Shown: positions 9,731-19,596, numbered from the stretch's first letter. The stretch is 49,439 nucleotides of DNA from Ignavibacteriota bacterium (GCA_003157485.1 PMJQ01000042.1:17610-67048), one strand, 5' to 3'. Numbers and translations are program-made. The notes: generated by a model not told the origin, from the letters alone.

Positions 9731-9871
9731 ATGTTTTCCTCCGCCGTGATTATCGGGCTCCAGTGAACTCCCCGGGGCATCCCGGGTCGCTCGCCCCGTC
9801 TATTATACAGAACGCCCCGGGGGGGGATTTTGTTCGGAGTGCCGGATTCAGCTCAATTCCGAGGAAATTGT

Positions 9872-10462
9872 TCACACCACCTTCTCCTTCCCGTTCATCC
9901 TGCGGATGATGTACCCGGCGAACTCCGCCCCGATGCCGAAGGCAATCCCTACCAGCGTCCCGAATTGAAGATTCCTGAAGACCATCGACGCGAAAAAACC
10001 GGCCGACGCAAACACCGTGTGCCAGGAGAAGAGGCCGACGTACACCATGATGACGGCATTCGCGATCGCCGTGAGCACGCCGGCGGACGCAACGCGCTGC
10101 ACCCCACCGCGGACAATCTCCCTGCGGACGAAGCTGTTGTAGACGTAGACCGCCGCGCCGACACCGACAACGTATGCACCATACACATTTGCCTGCCACA
10201 GCGTAAACCGGCCGACAAGAAACGTCAGGACGGCGTACCAGACGAGAAGAGCGATATACCCGTCTCTTCGCCGGGGCGACGCCAGCGCCGCAAAAAACAC
10301 GGACGCCGTGACCCCGCTCGTCACAAACTGGGAAGGAAGCACCCGCAGGTCAAATACGCTCAGACGGAAGAAGAGGAACCCGAACGCCACGATCGTAAAT
10401 GCGACCACGATCAGGCGCACGACGGTGATCCTCACGACGTTCTGGGTCCAAGTCGTTTCCAT
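9872..10462 (-). CDS. Hypothetical integral membrane protein (about 6 TM)
   Basis: Alternating hydrophobic helices from METTWTQ onward. Confidence 0.75.
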   Translation of the reverse strand: METTWTQNVVRITVVRLIVVAFTIVAFGFLFFRLSVFDLRVLPSQFVTSGVTASVFFAALASPRRRDGYIALLVWYAVLTFLVGRFTLWQANVYGAYVVGVGAAVYVYNSFVRREIVRGGVQRVASAGVLTAIANAVIMVYVGLFSWHTVFASAGFFASMVFRNLQFGTLVGIAFGIGAEFAGYIIRRMNGKEKVV

Positions 10463-10626
10463 GTGTACCCCGGTCCCGTAGTTGTTGATTGAGGCCAAAT
10501 GTATCGCGTTGCGGGATGAGAATCAATGGGAGCATGCGGGTTGGCATGAGGGGAAGGGGAACGGAAAGAAGCAGGCGCAGGCAAGCTGAGAGGGGGATTG
10601 ATGAAGAAGGAGTCCGGAGCGCGTTC

Positions 10627-12078
10627 TCAGGGAACGGGGAGGCGCTTCGGCGCCGGTTCAGCCGAAGGGTTCCGGCCGGCGAGAACCTCCACCGGCCGGG
10701 GCTGCCAGGTGTGCCCGTCCCAGTAACGGATTTCCCCGGCGACGGTTTTCATGTACCCGTCGAAGAAATCGCCGCTGACGCGGCCCCGCGCCGCGAGCCG
10801 GTCATAGAGGTTCTTCGTCGAATTGGCGGATTTGACCTCGACGATGCCGAAGTCCGCGCGGAATATGTACTCGAAGTAGGCCGGGATGGAATCCGGTTGT
10901 GCCGTCGTCTCGATCCGGAACCCGGTTTCGTGCTGCAGGAGGACGGCCTTCGCTCCCCCGATGACCATCTCTCCCCCATACTCCTTCACCACGTCTGTCC
11001 GCGGGATCCAGGCGTAATGGCGCTCCGCGCCCGAGACGGGAAGCCCGAACCCGCCGGAGTAGGATGATTCGCCGTCACCGATAAGGCGCGAGGGATCGAG
11101 ACCTATGACGACCTGCATGTTGATCCCTTCCTTGCTGTCACTCATGCCGTAAAGGACGAATTCCTTCCCTTTGCCGGCGTCGATCGGGGTTGTCCCCATC
11201 ATCCGGATCTGACCGAAGTGTTTGTACGTCCCGATTTGACTTCCACCGGCGTCATACAGGGACACCACAGTCGGCGAGTGGAGGTGGCCCATCACGATGA
11301 TGATCTCGTTGCGGCCCGACCCCGAAAAGTCGCCGACGCTGAATCCGGTGATCCGGAATTCGCCGGGATAGATCCGGCCGCGGCACGTGAGCGCTTCTCC
11401 CGGCCTGATTGCCAGGATTTCTTTATTCTCATTGTTGATGATGTGCAGCACTTCGCTGTACGGAGCTCCATCCGGAGAAGAAGGGAGCGCGGTGAGCATC
11501 TCTTTTCTGCCGTCACCGTACAGGTCCGCGACCTGGACAAACGGCTGTCCCGTCCGTTGCCCGGCCGCCATTAAATCGTTAAGGCGCTCAACGGGATACG
11601 ACCAGAGCTTCTCTCCCTCCTTATTGTACGCATCCAGCGTGCTCGAGGCCGGGTTCTCAATGACGGTGCTGAGCGCGAGATCCCTCGCGGGCATCAGGTC
11701 GAACGTGAGCATCAGGAAGGCCAGCCCGCCGAGGAGGGCGAGCCCTCCGCCTCCGGCGACGAACGGGTGCGCCCGGACAAATCTCCGCACCGTTCCCGGA
11801 GGGTGAATCTGCGAGAGGGGGATATCCCTGAACGGCGGATCGAAAATCGCCGGGAACCGGGCGGACCGCACCGGGAGATGCCGGGAATGGTCCGGAAATT
11901 CGGCCGGGCGGGTCAGAATGTCAATCTGCAGATCGGCGTAGTATGACGACGCGGATTCCGCCAATCTGCGGCATCCTTCGCATTCCCCCAGGTGGAATTC
12001 GATCTCCAGACGCTCTCTCTCACCGAGAGGCGCGCGCAGGACATACAGCTCGATTCTATGTTCGCCGGGATGTTCCAT
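10627..12078 (-). CDS. Putative zinc-binding anti-sigma factor with TM helix and extracytoplasmic FG-GAP/beta-propeller-like domain
   Basis: N-terminal HP...HLGECEGC (HxxxCxxC), TM GGGGLALLGGLAFLML, then DLYGDGRKE, DFSGSGRNE and DAGKGKE repeats. Confidence 0.7.
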   Translation of the reverse strand: MEHPGEHRIELYVLRAPLGERERLEIEFHLGECEGCRRLAESASSYYADLQIDILTRPAEFPDHSRHLPVRSARFPAIFDPPFRDIPLSQIHPPGTVRRFVRAHPFVAGGGGLALLGGLAFLMLTFDLMPARDLALSTVIENPASSTLDAYNKEGEKLWSYPVERLNDLMAAGQRTGQPFVQVADLYGDGRKEMLTALPSSPDGAPYSEVLHIINNENKEILAIRPGEALTCRGRIYPGEFRITGFSVGDFSGSGRNEIIIVMGHLHSPTVVSLYDAGGSQIGTYKHFGQIRMMGTTPIDAGKGKEFVLYGMSDSKEGINMQVVIGLDPSRLIGDGESSYSGGFGLPVSGAERHYAWIPRTDVVKEYGGEMVIGGAKAVLLQHETGFRIETTAQPDSIPAYFEYIFRADFGIVEVKSANSTKNLYDRLAARGRVSGDFFDGYMKTVAGEIRYWDGHTWQPRPVEVLAGRNPSAEPAPKRLPVP

Positions 12079-12182
12079 CGTCACTTGAGATATCCTTGCA
12101 TCTCCTTCTTCATGCTGAACCGTGGGAAGGAATCCCGGGACGTGCCTCTGAATTCCGGCATTTCCCCCAGGATTACACACAT

Positions 12183-13214
12183 TCAGATGTTCAACCGGAG
12201 CACCTCGACGGACCTTTTGTACGCCAGCCGGGCGAGATATTCCAGCCGGGCCCTGTGGGTGGACCGGTATTCCGCCTCCGAAAGCGACGGGACCAGAGAC
12301 TGGAGCCCTGCATAGAGCGAGTGGCCGTCGGAATCTTCACCCGTGAACCGCTGTGCAACGTTCTTTTCTATCACCTCAACGTAGTTCCTGAACATGTCGC
12401 GCTCCACCTTGCCGCTGTCGACGTATTCCGAGGCCATCCTTCCGAGAACCTCCCTGCACGTGGTCTGCACGAGCGAGAGGATCTCCGGCACCGTGAAGGG
12501 ATCTTCCGCGGCCGCATGCCCGGGCTCCGCCGAGCCGGGAGCACAATAGATCGACTTGATCGCAAGCGCCACCGAGGTCAGGGAGACAAGCCTCGAGCAC
12601 GCATGCTGGCCCCGGAGGATGCGGGAGAGATGCGCGAGCATTGCGGGCACGTGGTCGTCGGGCGTGGCGTTTTTTCTCAGCGCACGCTCCAGTTCCTCCC
12701 GGGAGAACGGAGGAAGCTCCTCCAGGGGGTCGGAGAGCGCCGGAAGGAGGTAAGTCTCGCCGAATCGTTCCACCACGGCATAGTTGTGAAGGGCCTGCAC
12801 CGAGAGCTTGATGTTGCGGAGGATCTTCCCGAGATCGGGATCCGATTCGCCGTAGAACCGCACGACCCCGTGGTTGACCTTTGTGAAGACGATCCTCCGG
12901 AGATGCGTGAGGAGCTCCTGGTCGGACGCCGCAGCGCGGTCAACCCCCTGGAAGTACGCCCTGATCTGGAGCAGCGAGCCGTCCTCCCCCCGCTGGAATA
13001 GCTCCGCAATGCAGTCGTACGCCAGATCGCGGTAGTTCGTCCCGTGAACTCCGGAGTCGAGCATCATGGGGGCAATCTTCCTCCGCAGAGCCACCGCCGC
13101 CATGGAGTGGCACAGTTCAACGAACCCGTTGAGCTGGTGAACAGTCAATGTGTTCTCGACGGCGGCCTCAATCCAGATCCGGAGGTCGGGGGCGAGAGGG
13201 TAACCTGTTGTCAA
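12183..13214 (-). CDS. Hypothetical all-helical protein, possibly an atypical sigma-70/ECF-like factor
   Basis: RDLAYDCIAELF resembles sigma region 2 (DLxQDxFxxL). Lies directly upstream of a ZAS anti-sigma. TTG start overlaps the RND stop (TTGA). Confidence 0.6.
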   Translation of the reverse strand: MTTGYPLAPDLRIWIEAAVENTLTVHQLNGFVELCHSMAAVALRRKIAPMMLDSGVHGTNYRDLAYDCIAELFQRGEDGSLLQIRAYFQGVDRAAASDQELLTHLRRIVFTKVNHGVVRFYGESDPDLGKILRNIKLSVQALHNYAVVERFGETYLLPALSDPLEELPPFSREELERALRKNATPDDHVPAMLAHLSRILRGQHACSRLVSLTSVALAIKSIYCAPGSAEPGHAAAEDPFTVPEILSLVQTTCREVLGRMASEYVDSGKVERDMFRNYVEVIEKNVAQRFTGEDSDGHSLYAGLQSLVPSLSEAEYRSTHRARLEYLARLAYKRSVEVLRLNI

Positions 13215-16200
13215 TTGTGGGCCGGGGTGACAGGTCGGTGCGGCGGAACTTTCGCGTGTGACCCAATATAGAACCTTCTCCTGAGTATTGCCAATCCGTC
13301 CGGGGAGAGCAGGTCCGTGAGTGCGACGCGCCAGCGGTCCACCGTCGTGTAGACGACCGGGACCAGGACGAGCGTCAGGAGGAGGGAACTCAACAGGCCT
13401 CCGATGAGGGCCCAGGCCAGTCCGCTCTTGAATTCGGAGCCCGAGCTGAGGCTGAAGGCGATGGGGGACATCCCCACGACCATCGACGCAGTCGTCATGA
13501 GGATCGGGCGGAGCCTGGTCTGCGCGGCCTCGACGAGCGCGTCGTGGACGGAGAGGCCCTTCTCCTTCCGCATCTGATTCGTCCTGTCCACAAGGAGAAT
13601 CGCGTTCTTCCCCACGAGCCCCACGAGCATGATGATTCCCAGCATCGAGAAGATGTTCAACGCCTTCATCGTGAGCGCCAGCGCCAGGAACGCGCCGATG
13701 ACGGCCACCGGAATCGAGAAGAGGACAACGAACGGATAGACGAATGAATCGTAGAGTGCGACCATGATCATGTAGACGAAGAGGATCGCCGCCGCCAGCG
13801 CCAGCAACAGGCTGTCAAACGACTCTGAGCGGTTCTTTTCGTCGCCGAGGTAGGAAATTCCGACTCCCTGCGGGAGGGGGTTCTTCCCGACAGCGGATTT
13901 GATGTCCGCGACGATGCTCCCCGCGGGGCGCGCCACCGCCTGGGAGTTGACCGTGACGGAATAATTCCGGTTCTGGCGCTGGAGCTTCGTCGGGCCTGTC
14001 GCCAGCGTGATTGTGGCGAACTGTTTGAGCTGAATGAGCCTGCCGGAACGGGAGGCGAACGTGAGCGAACCGATATCATCGGTCTTTGACCTGTCGAGCC
14101 TGTCGAGCACAACCCGGATCGGGTACTGGTCCGTGCCTTCACGGTACTTCGATTCGTCGTCGCCGTTGAACGCGATGCGGAGCGCTTCCCCGACCTCATT
14201 CAGCGTAAGCCCGAAACTGGCCATCTTCTCCCTGTCGATCTCGACCTGCATCTCGGGCTTTCCGATCTCCGAGGAAAGCCTTACGTCCGCGGTCCCGGGA
14301 ACCGTCCGCACCACGGCGGCAAGCCCCTCGGCCGCCTTCAGAGCCTGTTCGTACTCCGGCGCGCTCACCAGGAGCGCGATCGGCGACTGGTTGGCCGTCC
14401 CGAATATGCCGATCGGGCTCGTCCGGACCTGCACCCCCGGGATCTGCTGGATCTTCTTCTTGATGGCCTCGCTGACCTCGTCGGTGGATCTCTTCCGGTT
14501 TTCCCTGGGAACGAGCGTGACGTTCAGCTCGGTCAGATAATTCGACGATTGTCCCACGAATCCCTCGGTCGATACGCCGACGTTCGTGAACACCCTGTCC
14601 ACCTCCGGCATCGCCAACACGATCCTCTCGGCGTCGAGAGTCACAAAATTCGTATTCGCCAGGGAGGAGCCCGAAGGAAGCTCCATCGTCACCGTGAACT
14701 CGCCGCGGTCCGACTGCGGCATGAACTCCGATCCGATAAAGCCGAACGCCGGAAGGAGCATGGAGCCGACGAACAGGCCCAGGGCCACCAGAAACGTCCT
14801 CCCGCGGTGCGCAAGGCTCCACTCCAGCGCCTTGAGGTAATCGGCGGTGAGCCGGTGAAACTGATTCTCAAACCAGAGCGCGAACCTCCCCAGCGGAGAC
14901 CCCGCGGTCATCTGTTCGATCTTCGAGAACCGGGACGCAAGGAGAGGGGTGATCGTGAACGACACGAAGAGGCTCATCAGCGTGGAGGAGACGACGACGA
15001 GCGCGAATTCCCTCATGATGTTGCCGATAAGCCCGGAGACCAGGGCCAGAGGAACAAACACGACGACATCCACCATTGTGATGGAGATGGCGGCAAACCC
15101 GATTTCGTTCCTCCCCCTCAGCGCCGCGACGCGCATCTCTTCGCCCATCTCCAGATGCCGGTGGATGTTTTCGAGAACAACGATCGAGTCGTCGACGAGG
15201 ATCCCGATTACGAGCGAGAGCCCCAGGAGCGTCATCAGGTTGAGCGAGAAGCCGAACGCATAGATCATGATGAACGTGGAGACAAGCGAAGAGGGTATTG
15301 CGATCATCACGATAACCGAGTTCCGGATGCTGTGGAGAAAGGCAAGCATCACGATGGCGACGAATATGACCGCGAGCACCAGATCGTGCTTCACCGCGTT
15401 CGCGGCGTCCACGGTGAACGTGGAACCGTCCTGCGCCACCTCGAAGGCGAGGCCGACGTCCGCATATTCCTTCTCAAGCTGCTCCATCTCCCCGCGCACA
15501 ACCCTGCTCACCTCGACGGCGTTCGCGTCCCCCTGTTTCTGCACGATGATGCCAACGGAGCTCTTCCCGTTGATCCGGCTGAGCTGGGTGTAGTCTTTCC
15601 GGCCGTCCTCGACCTCGGCGACATCCCCGACCCTGATCGTCCCCCCTCCCCGCGTGCCGCCGATGACAAGGCCGCGGAGCTCCTCCATCGATCGGTACTT
15701 GCCGGCCAGGCGGACGATGTACTGCGCCGCCCCCTGCTCGATCTTCCCCGTGGGAAAATCGAGGTTGGACGCCCGTATCACCTGGTCGACCTGCAGGAGC
15801 GAAAGGCCGCACGACCGGAGCTTCGCCGCGTCGATGTTGACATGGATCTCCCGCTCGTCCCCGCCGACGAGCGTGATCTGGCCGACCCCTTCGAGCTTCG
15901 CCAGCCGGGGCCTGATCAGGTCGTCGAGCATCTTGAAGAACCGGCGCGACGGAATGTTCGCGGTCGCACCGATGCGCAGGACGGGGAGCTCGTCGAGGGC
16001 AAATTTCGAGAACGTGGGGTTCCTGGCGCCGGAGGGGAGCTTCGAACTCACTTCGCTCACTTTCCTCTGCGCGTCCTGAAGCGACACGTTGACGTCGGCG
16101 CTCATCGTGAATTCCATCGAGACGAGGGACACTCCCTCCGACGACGTCGCATAGACATTGGCGACTTTGTCGATGCCGGAGACGGCATCTTCGATCACCT

Positions 16201-16393
16201 TGGTGACGCTCGTCTCGACTTCAGCGGGGGAGGCGCCGGGATAGATCGTCGTGATCGTGACGTACGGCGGCGTGATCTTGGGAAGGAGCTCGTACTTGAG
16301 CTGCGTGTAGCTGAATATCCCGAGAACGCCGAGGACTGAGAAAACAACAACGACGAGCGTGGGGCGTTTTATCGAAAGTTCTGTAATCGTCAT
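13211..16393 (-). CDS. RND efflux transporter permease, AcrB/AcrD/AcrF (HAE1) family
   Basis: MTITELSIKRP, GILVDDSIVVLENI, GLVGKNAILLVD, RLRPILMTT. Confidence 0.95.
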   Translation of the reverse strand: MTITELSIKRPTLVVVVFSVLGVLGIFSYTQLKYELLPKITPPYVTITTIYPGASPAEVETSVTKVIEDAVSGIDKVANVYATSSEGVSLVSMEFTMSADVNVSLQDAQRKVSEVSSKLPSGARNPTFSKFALDELPVLRIGATANIPSRRFFKMLDDLIRPRLAKLEGVGQITLVGGDEREIHVNIDAAKLRSCGLSLLQVDQVIRASNLDFPTGKIEQGAAQYIVRLAGKYRSMEELRGLVIGGTRGGGTIRVGDVAEVEDGRKDYTQLSRINGKSSVGIIVQKQGDANAVEVSRVVRGEMEQLEKEYADVGLAFEVAQDGSTFTVDAANAVKHDLVLAVIFVAIVMLAFLHSIRNSVIVMIAIPSSLVSTFIMIYAFGFSLNLMTLLGLSLVIGILVDDSIVVLENIHRHLEMGEEMRVAALRGRNEIGFAAISITMVDVVVFVPLALVSGLIGNIMREFALVVVSSTLMSLFVSFTITPLLASRFSKIEQMTAGSPLGRFALWFENQFHRLTADYLKALEWSLAHRGRTFLVALGLFVGSMLLPAFGFIGSEFMPQSDRGEFTVTMELPSGSSLANTNFVTLDAERIVLAMPEVDRVFTNVGVSTEGFVGQSSNYLTELNVTLVPRENRKRSTDEVSEAIKKKIQQIPGVQVRTSPIGIFGTANQSPIALLVSAPEYEQALKAAEGLAAVVRTVPGTADVRLSSEIGKPEMQVEIDREKMASFGLTLNEVGEALRIAFNGDDESKYREGTDQYPIRVVLDRLDRSKTDDIGSLTFASRSGRLIQLKQFATITLATGPTKLQRQNRNYSVTVNSQAVARPAGSIVADIKSAVGKNPLPQGVGISYLGDEKNRSESFDSLLLALAAAILFVYMIMVALYDSFVYPFVVLFSIPVAVIGAFLALALTMKALNIFSMLGIIMLVGLVGKNAILLVDRTNQMRKEKGLSVHDALVEAAQTRLRPILMTTASMVVGMSPIAFSLSSGSEFKSGLAWALIGGLLSSLLLTLVLVPVVYTTVDRWRVALTDLLSPDGLAILRRRFYIGSHAKVPPHRPVTPAHN

Positions 16394-16428
16394 GACCGGA
16401 GTTCTCCGGAGCAATGTGCGGCAGGGAC

Positions 16429-16460
16429 AAAAAAAAGGCCCCCCGCGATGCGGGGGGCCT
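16429..16460 (-). terminator. Intrinsic terminator after the alcohol dehydrogenase gene
   Basis: Minus strand aggccccccgc-atc-gcggggggcct followed by a T-tract. Confidence 0.85.
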
Positions 16461-16500
16461 ATGCGTGTGAACGGGTACGGCAGTGGAATATAGGCGTTCC

Positions 16501-17529
16501 TCAGGAAATTCTCAAGACTGTGGCCCCCCTGACACCCCCCTTTTTAAGCCCGAGAAGGGCCTCATTGGCCCGGGCCAGTGGAATTTCCCTCGTCTCGGGC
16601 CTGAGGGGGATCGACGCCGCAACGGCGAGGAACTCCCGTATGTCCCGCCGTGTCACATTCGCGACGCTTTTGATCTCCTTTTCCATCCAGAGATGCACGG
16701 GGTAATCGAGCCGGAGAAGGAGTTCCTTGTCCCCCTCCTCTTTCCGGATGGCGTTGATAACAAGCCTCCCCCCCGGTTCGAGGTTTCCGAGCGCTCCCAG
16801 GACAGGCCCCCATGCCGGGGTCGTGTCGATGATTGCCCGAAGCTTCTCCGGCGGTTTGTCATTCGTATCCCCCGACCACGCAGCTCCGAGTTCCCGGGCA
16901 AACGCCCGTTCCGATTCACCGCGGGCAAACACGCAGACACGCGACAGCGGATACATGTGTTTTACCAGCTTCAGTACCAGGTGCGCCGACGCGCCGAACC
17001 CGGTCAGGCCCAGCGTCTCGCCGTCCCTGATACCCGCAAGCCTGAGCGACCTGTACCCGATCGCACCGGCACAGAGGAGCGGGGCTGCCTCGACGTCCGA
17101 GAACACCCCGGGGATCGGGTGGACGAAATCCTCATGCGCCACGACATACTGGGCATATCCCCCGTCAACATCCCTCCCCGTAGCCCGGAATTCGGGGCAC
17201 AGGTTTTCGTACCCGTCGCGACAAAACCTGCACACGCCGCACGCCGAATAGATCCAGCCGACGCCGACCCGTTGTCCGACGCTGACCGCGCTCACGGAAC
17301 GCCCCGTCTCCACGATCCGCCCGACAACCTGATGCCCCGGAACGACGGGAAGCCGGGGGGGCGCCGTCCTCCCTTCGATTTCATCAAGATCGGTGTGGCA
17401 AATGCCGCACACGGAAACGCCGATGAGCACCTCCATGTCGCCCGGACGCGGGGAGGGGATGTCAGAGGCGACGAGCGGAGAAGTGTCTCCCGGGAGTTTC
17501 GTGATCTTCCGGATCTGCATGACGTTCAT
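16501..17529 (-). CDS. Zinc-dependent alcohol dehydrogenase (MDR family, AdhP-like)
   Basis: CGICHTD, PGHQVVG, structural Zn CGVCRFC...NLC, APLLCAGAIGYR, GFGASAH. Confidence 0.92.
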   Translation of the reverse strand: MNVMQIRKITKLPGDTSPLVASDIPSPRPGDMEVLIGVSVCGICHTDLDEIEGRTAPPRLPVVPGHQVVGRIVETGRSVSAVSVGQRVGVGWIYSACGVCRFCRDGYENLCPEFRATGRDVDGGYAQYVVAHEDFVHPIPGVFSDVEAAPLLCAGAIGYRSLRLAGIRDGETLGLTGFGASAHLVLKLVKHMYPLSRVCVFARGESERAFARELGAAWSGDTNDKPPEKLRAIIDTTPAWGPVLGALGNLEPGGRLVINAIRKEEGDKELLLRLDYPVHLWMEKEIKSVANVTRRDIREFLAVAASIPLRPETREIPLARANEALLGLKKGGVRGATVLRIS

Positions 17530-17537
17530 GCGCGGCC

Positions 17538-18485
17538 TCAGAGGCTTGCGTTGTCAAGCATTTCGATTGACGCCCGGTCCAGCATCACGTCCGGGGCACG
17601 CATGATATCCTCCCACTGGCGGATGCTTGTGGCGCTCACAATCGGTGCGGTGATGCCGGGCCTGGCCAGCAGCCATGCGAGCGCGACAACCGCCTGCGAG
17701 ACGTTGAGCCTCTCCCCCACGGTGTCGAGGGCCGCGAGTATGCGAAAGCCGCGCTCGTTGAGGTACTTCCGGAGTCCCGCACCGCGCGCACTTTTCGAAA
17801 GGTCATTCACCGAGCGGTACTTTCCGGTAAGGAACCCGGCCGCGAGAGGGAAGTAGGGGATCACGGCGAGGTTTTTCGACCGGCAGAGCCCTTCGAGCTC
17901 CTTTTCGTATCCCGCCCGCTCGTACAGGTTGTAGTGGGGCTGCATGCACTGATAGCGGGGATACCCCGTCCTCTCCGCCGCGACGAGCGATTCGGAGAGC
18001 CGGGCCGGGGTAAGGTTCGACGCCCCGATCGCTCTGACTTTTCCCACCTTCACAAGGAGCGCATACGCATCGAGCGTCTCTTCGACGGGAGTTCCGGGAT
18101 CGTCGCGATGCGTCTGATAGAGATCAATGTATCCGGTCTGGAGCCGGCGGAGAGAGTCCTCGACGGCGTTGAGTATGTAGGACTTCGACAGCCCTTTCTT
18201 CCCCGGGCCCATCTCGCTCCCCACCTTTGTGGCGATCACCATCTTATCCCTGTTCCCCCGCAGACGCATCCATTTTCCGATGATCGTCTCGGACTCGCCT
18301 CCGGTGTGACCCGGGACCCATGTCGAATACGAATCGGCGGTATCGATGCAGTTGAACCCTGAAGCAACGAAGGCGTCCAGGAGCGTGAACGCCCCCGGCT
18401 CATCGACAGTCCATCCGAACACATTTCCGCCGAAAATAAGCGGCGTGATCGAGATACCTGAACTTCCCAGCGTGCATCTTTTCAT
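17538..18485 (-). CDS. Aldo/keto reductase
   Basis: FGGNVFGW, IDTADSY, IATKVG, SLRRLQTGYIDLYQTH, GKVRAIGASN, QPHYNL. Confidence 0.95.
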   Translation of the reverse strand: MKRCTLGSSGISITPLIFGGNVFGWTVDEPGAFTLLDAFVASGFNCIDTADSYSTWVPGHTGGESETIIGKWMRLRGNRDKMVIATKVGSEMGPGKKGLSKSYILNAVEDSLRRLQTGYIDLYQTHRDDPGTPVEETLDAYALLVKVGKVRAIGASNLTPARLSESLVAAERTGYPRYQCMQPHYNLYERAGYEKELEGLCRSKNLAVIPYFPLAAGFLTGKYRSVNDLSKSARGAGLRKYLNERGFRILAALDTVGERLNVSQAVVALAWLLARPGITAPIVSATSIRQWEDIMRAPDVMLDRASIEMLDNASL

Positions 18486-18562
18486 CGTTGTCAGTCCTTT
18501 CCGGTGGAATCAGCAGACGGCTCCCCACTTTCCTGCGCGGAGCAGAGGATGCCGCTCTTCAG

Positions 18563-18591
18563 ATAGTAGAAAAAAAACGGCCGATACTCAA
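18563..18591 (-). promoter_or_regulatory. Putative sigma70 promoter for the AKR-ADH operon
   Basis: Minus strand TTGAGT-N17-TACTAT, overlapping the terminator hairpin. Confidence 0.5.
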
Positions 18592-18599
18592 CACGGCCG
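18570..18599 (-). terminator. Intrinsic terminator closing the 7-gene operon
   Basis: Minus strand cggccg-N10-cggccg followed by T8, starting 4 nt after the ATPase stop. Confidence 0.7.
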
Positions 18600-18603
18600 C
18601 CCC

Positions 18604-19593
18604 TCATTTCCGCCGCTGGGGGCGAAAGACGAAGAAACTCCGAAAGACGCGGAACGTGAGATAGAGGATGAACCCGATCGCGGAATAGTAAATGTAGTGT
18701 TCACGCTTCTCCGTCCCGGCGGAAAAAAACTTCACCGCGGTCAGCACGCCGGCACCGATCATGTAGAGAGGGCCCATATTGAAGTACGGCCCTTCCTCCA
18801 CTTCACGGAAGGCGCGGATCTCCTGCTTTCCGAGCGACTTCTGCGTGGCGGCCCTGTAGACCAGATTCTTGATATGAAAAGGATTCCCGTCCGCGGAGTT
18901 GAGGATCTCATTCCTGCACATGGCCGTGTCCTCGGCGTGGAGGGAAGAGAGGCTCATGAGGTGAGAAACAAGCTGCCGTGCGACCCCGTCCGGGAGCCGT
19001 TCCAGCTGCACCCGGTCGAACGAGGCCCAGAACCCCTTAAACGGTTCCAGGTCCTTTGTTTCGATCGCGGATCCGCATACGATAGTGATCCGGACAAGGG
19101 ACTGGAAAAACCTCATGCTCGAGAGTGATATTCTGTCGAGGTTCGCGATGAACAAGACGTATTTCTTCCCGCCCCCGGCAAGTCCCTTCAGGACCTCGGA
19201 CTCCATTGTGCGCACTCCGAGCCTCGTGAATTCCTTCTTTACAGCGCCCCAGTCCGCACGTTCACCTCCTGCCTCAAGGTGGAGGTCCCCGTTCCTGTAC
19301 AGCCCTCCCGCCAATTCTCTGAGGCACTCCCCGAGGGGAGCGGGAGAGGTCACGGTGAGAACACTGTCCCTCCCGAGTGCGGGGGCACGGGAGTGAAACT
19401 CCACCCTGTGTTTCTCGCCGGTCAGGAGGAGCCTCGCCTCGTTCATGAGAGTGGATTTTCCGATCCCGAACCTGCCCGTGATGAGTGTGTGCCTTCCTTC
19501 GCGCAGGTTATTCAGGACACGGCGCAGCTCCTCCTCTCTTCCGAAGAACGCCTGATCCTGCCGGACGTCAGTCAGGCCGGGACGCGCATCCAT
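18604..19593 (-). CDS. P-loop (AAA-like) ATPase with two C-terminal TM helices
   Basis: FFGREEEL, Walker A GRFGIGKST, degenerate Walker B YVLFIANLD, SADGNPFHI sensor-like motif, two hydrophobic C-terminal helices. Confidence 0.8.
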   Translation of the reverse strand: MDARPGLTDVRQDQAFFGREEELRRVLNNLREGRHTLITGRFGIGKSTLMNEARLLLTGEKHRVEFHSRAPALGRDSVLTVTSPAPLGECLRELAGGLYRNGDLHLEAGGERADWGAVKKEFTRLGVRTMESEVLKGLAGGGKKYVLFIANLDRISLSSMRFFQSLVRITIVCGSAIETKDLEPFKGFWASFDRVQLERLPDGVARQLVSHLMSLSSLHAEDTAMCRNEILNSADGNPFHIKNLVYRAATQKSLGKQEIRAFREVEEGPYFNMGPLYMIGAGVLTAVKFFSAGTEKREHYIYYSAIGFILYLTFRVFRSFFVFRPQRRK

Positions 19594-19596
19594 TGT

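Noticed and set aside
12140-12182. TGTAATCCT upstream of the ZAS gene as a fourth copy of the ECF motif
   Set aside because: Only TGTAA matches, and there is no GTCTAA at 15-nt spacing.
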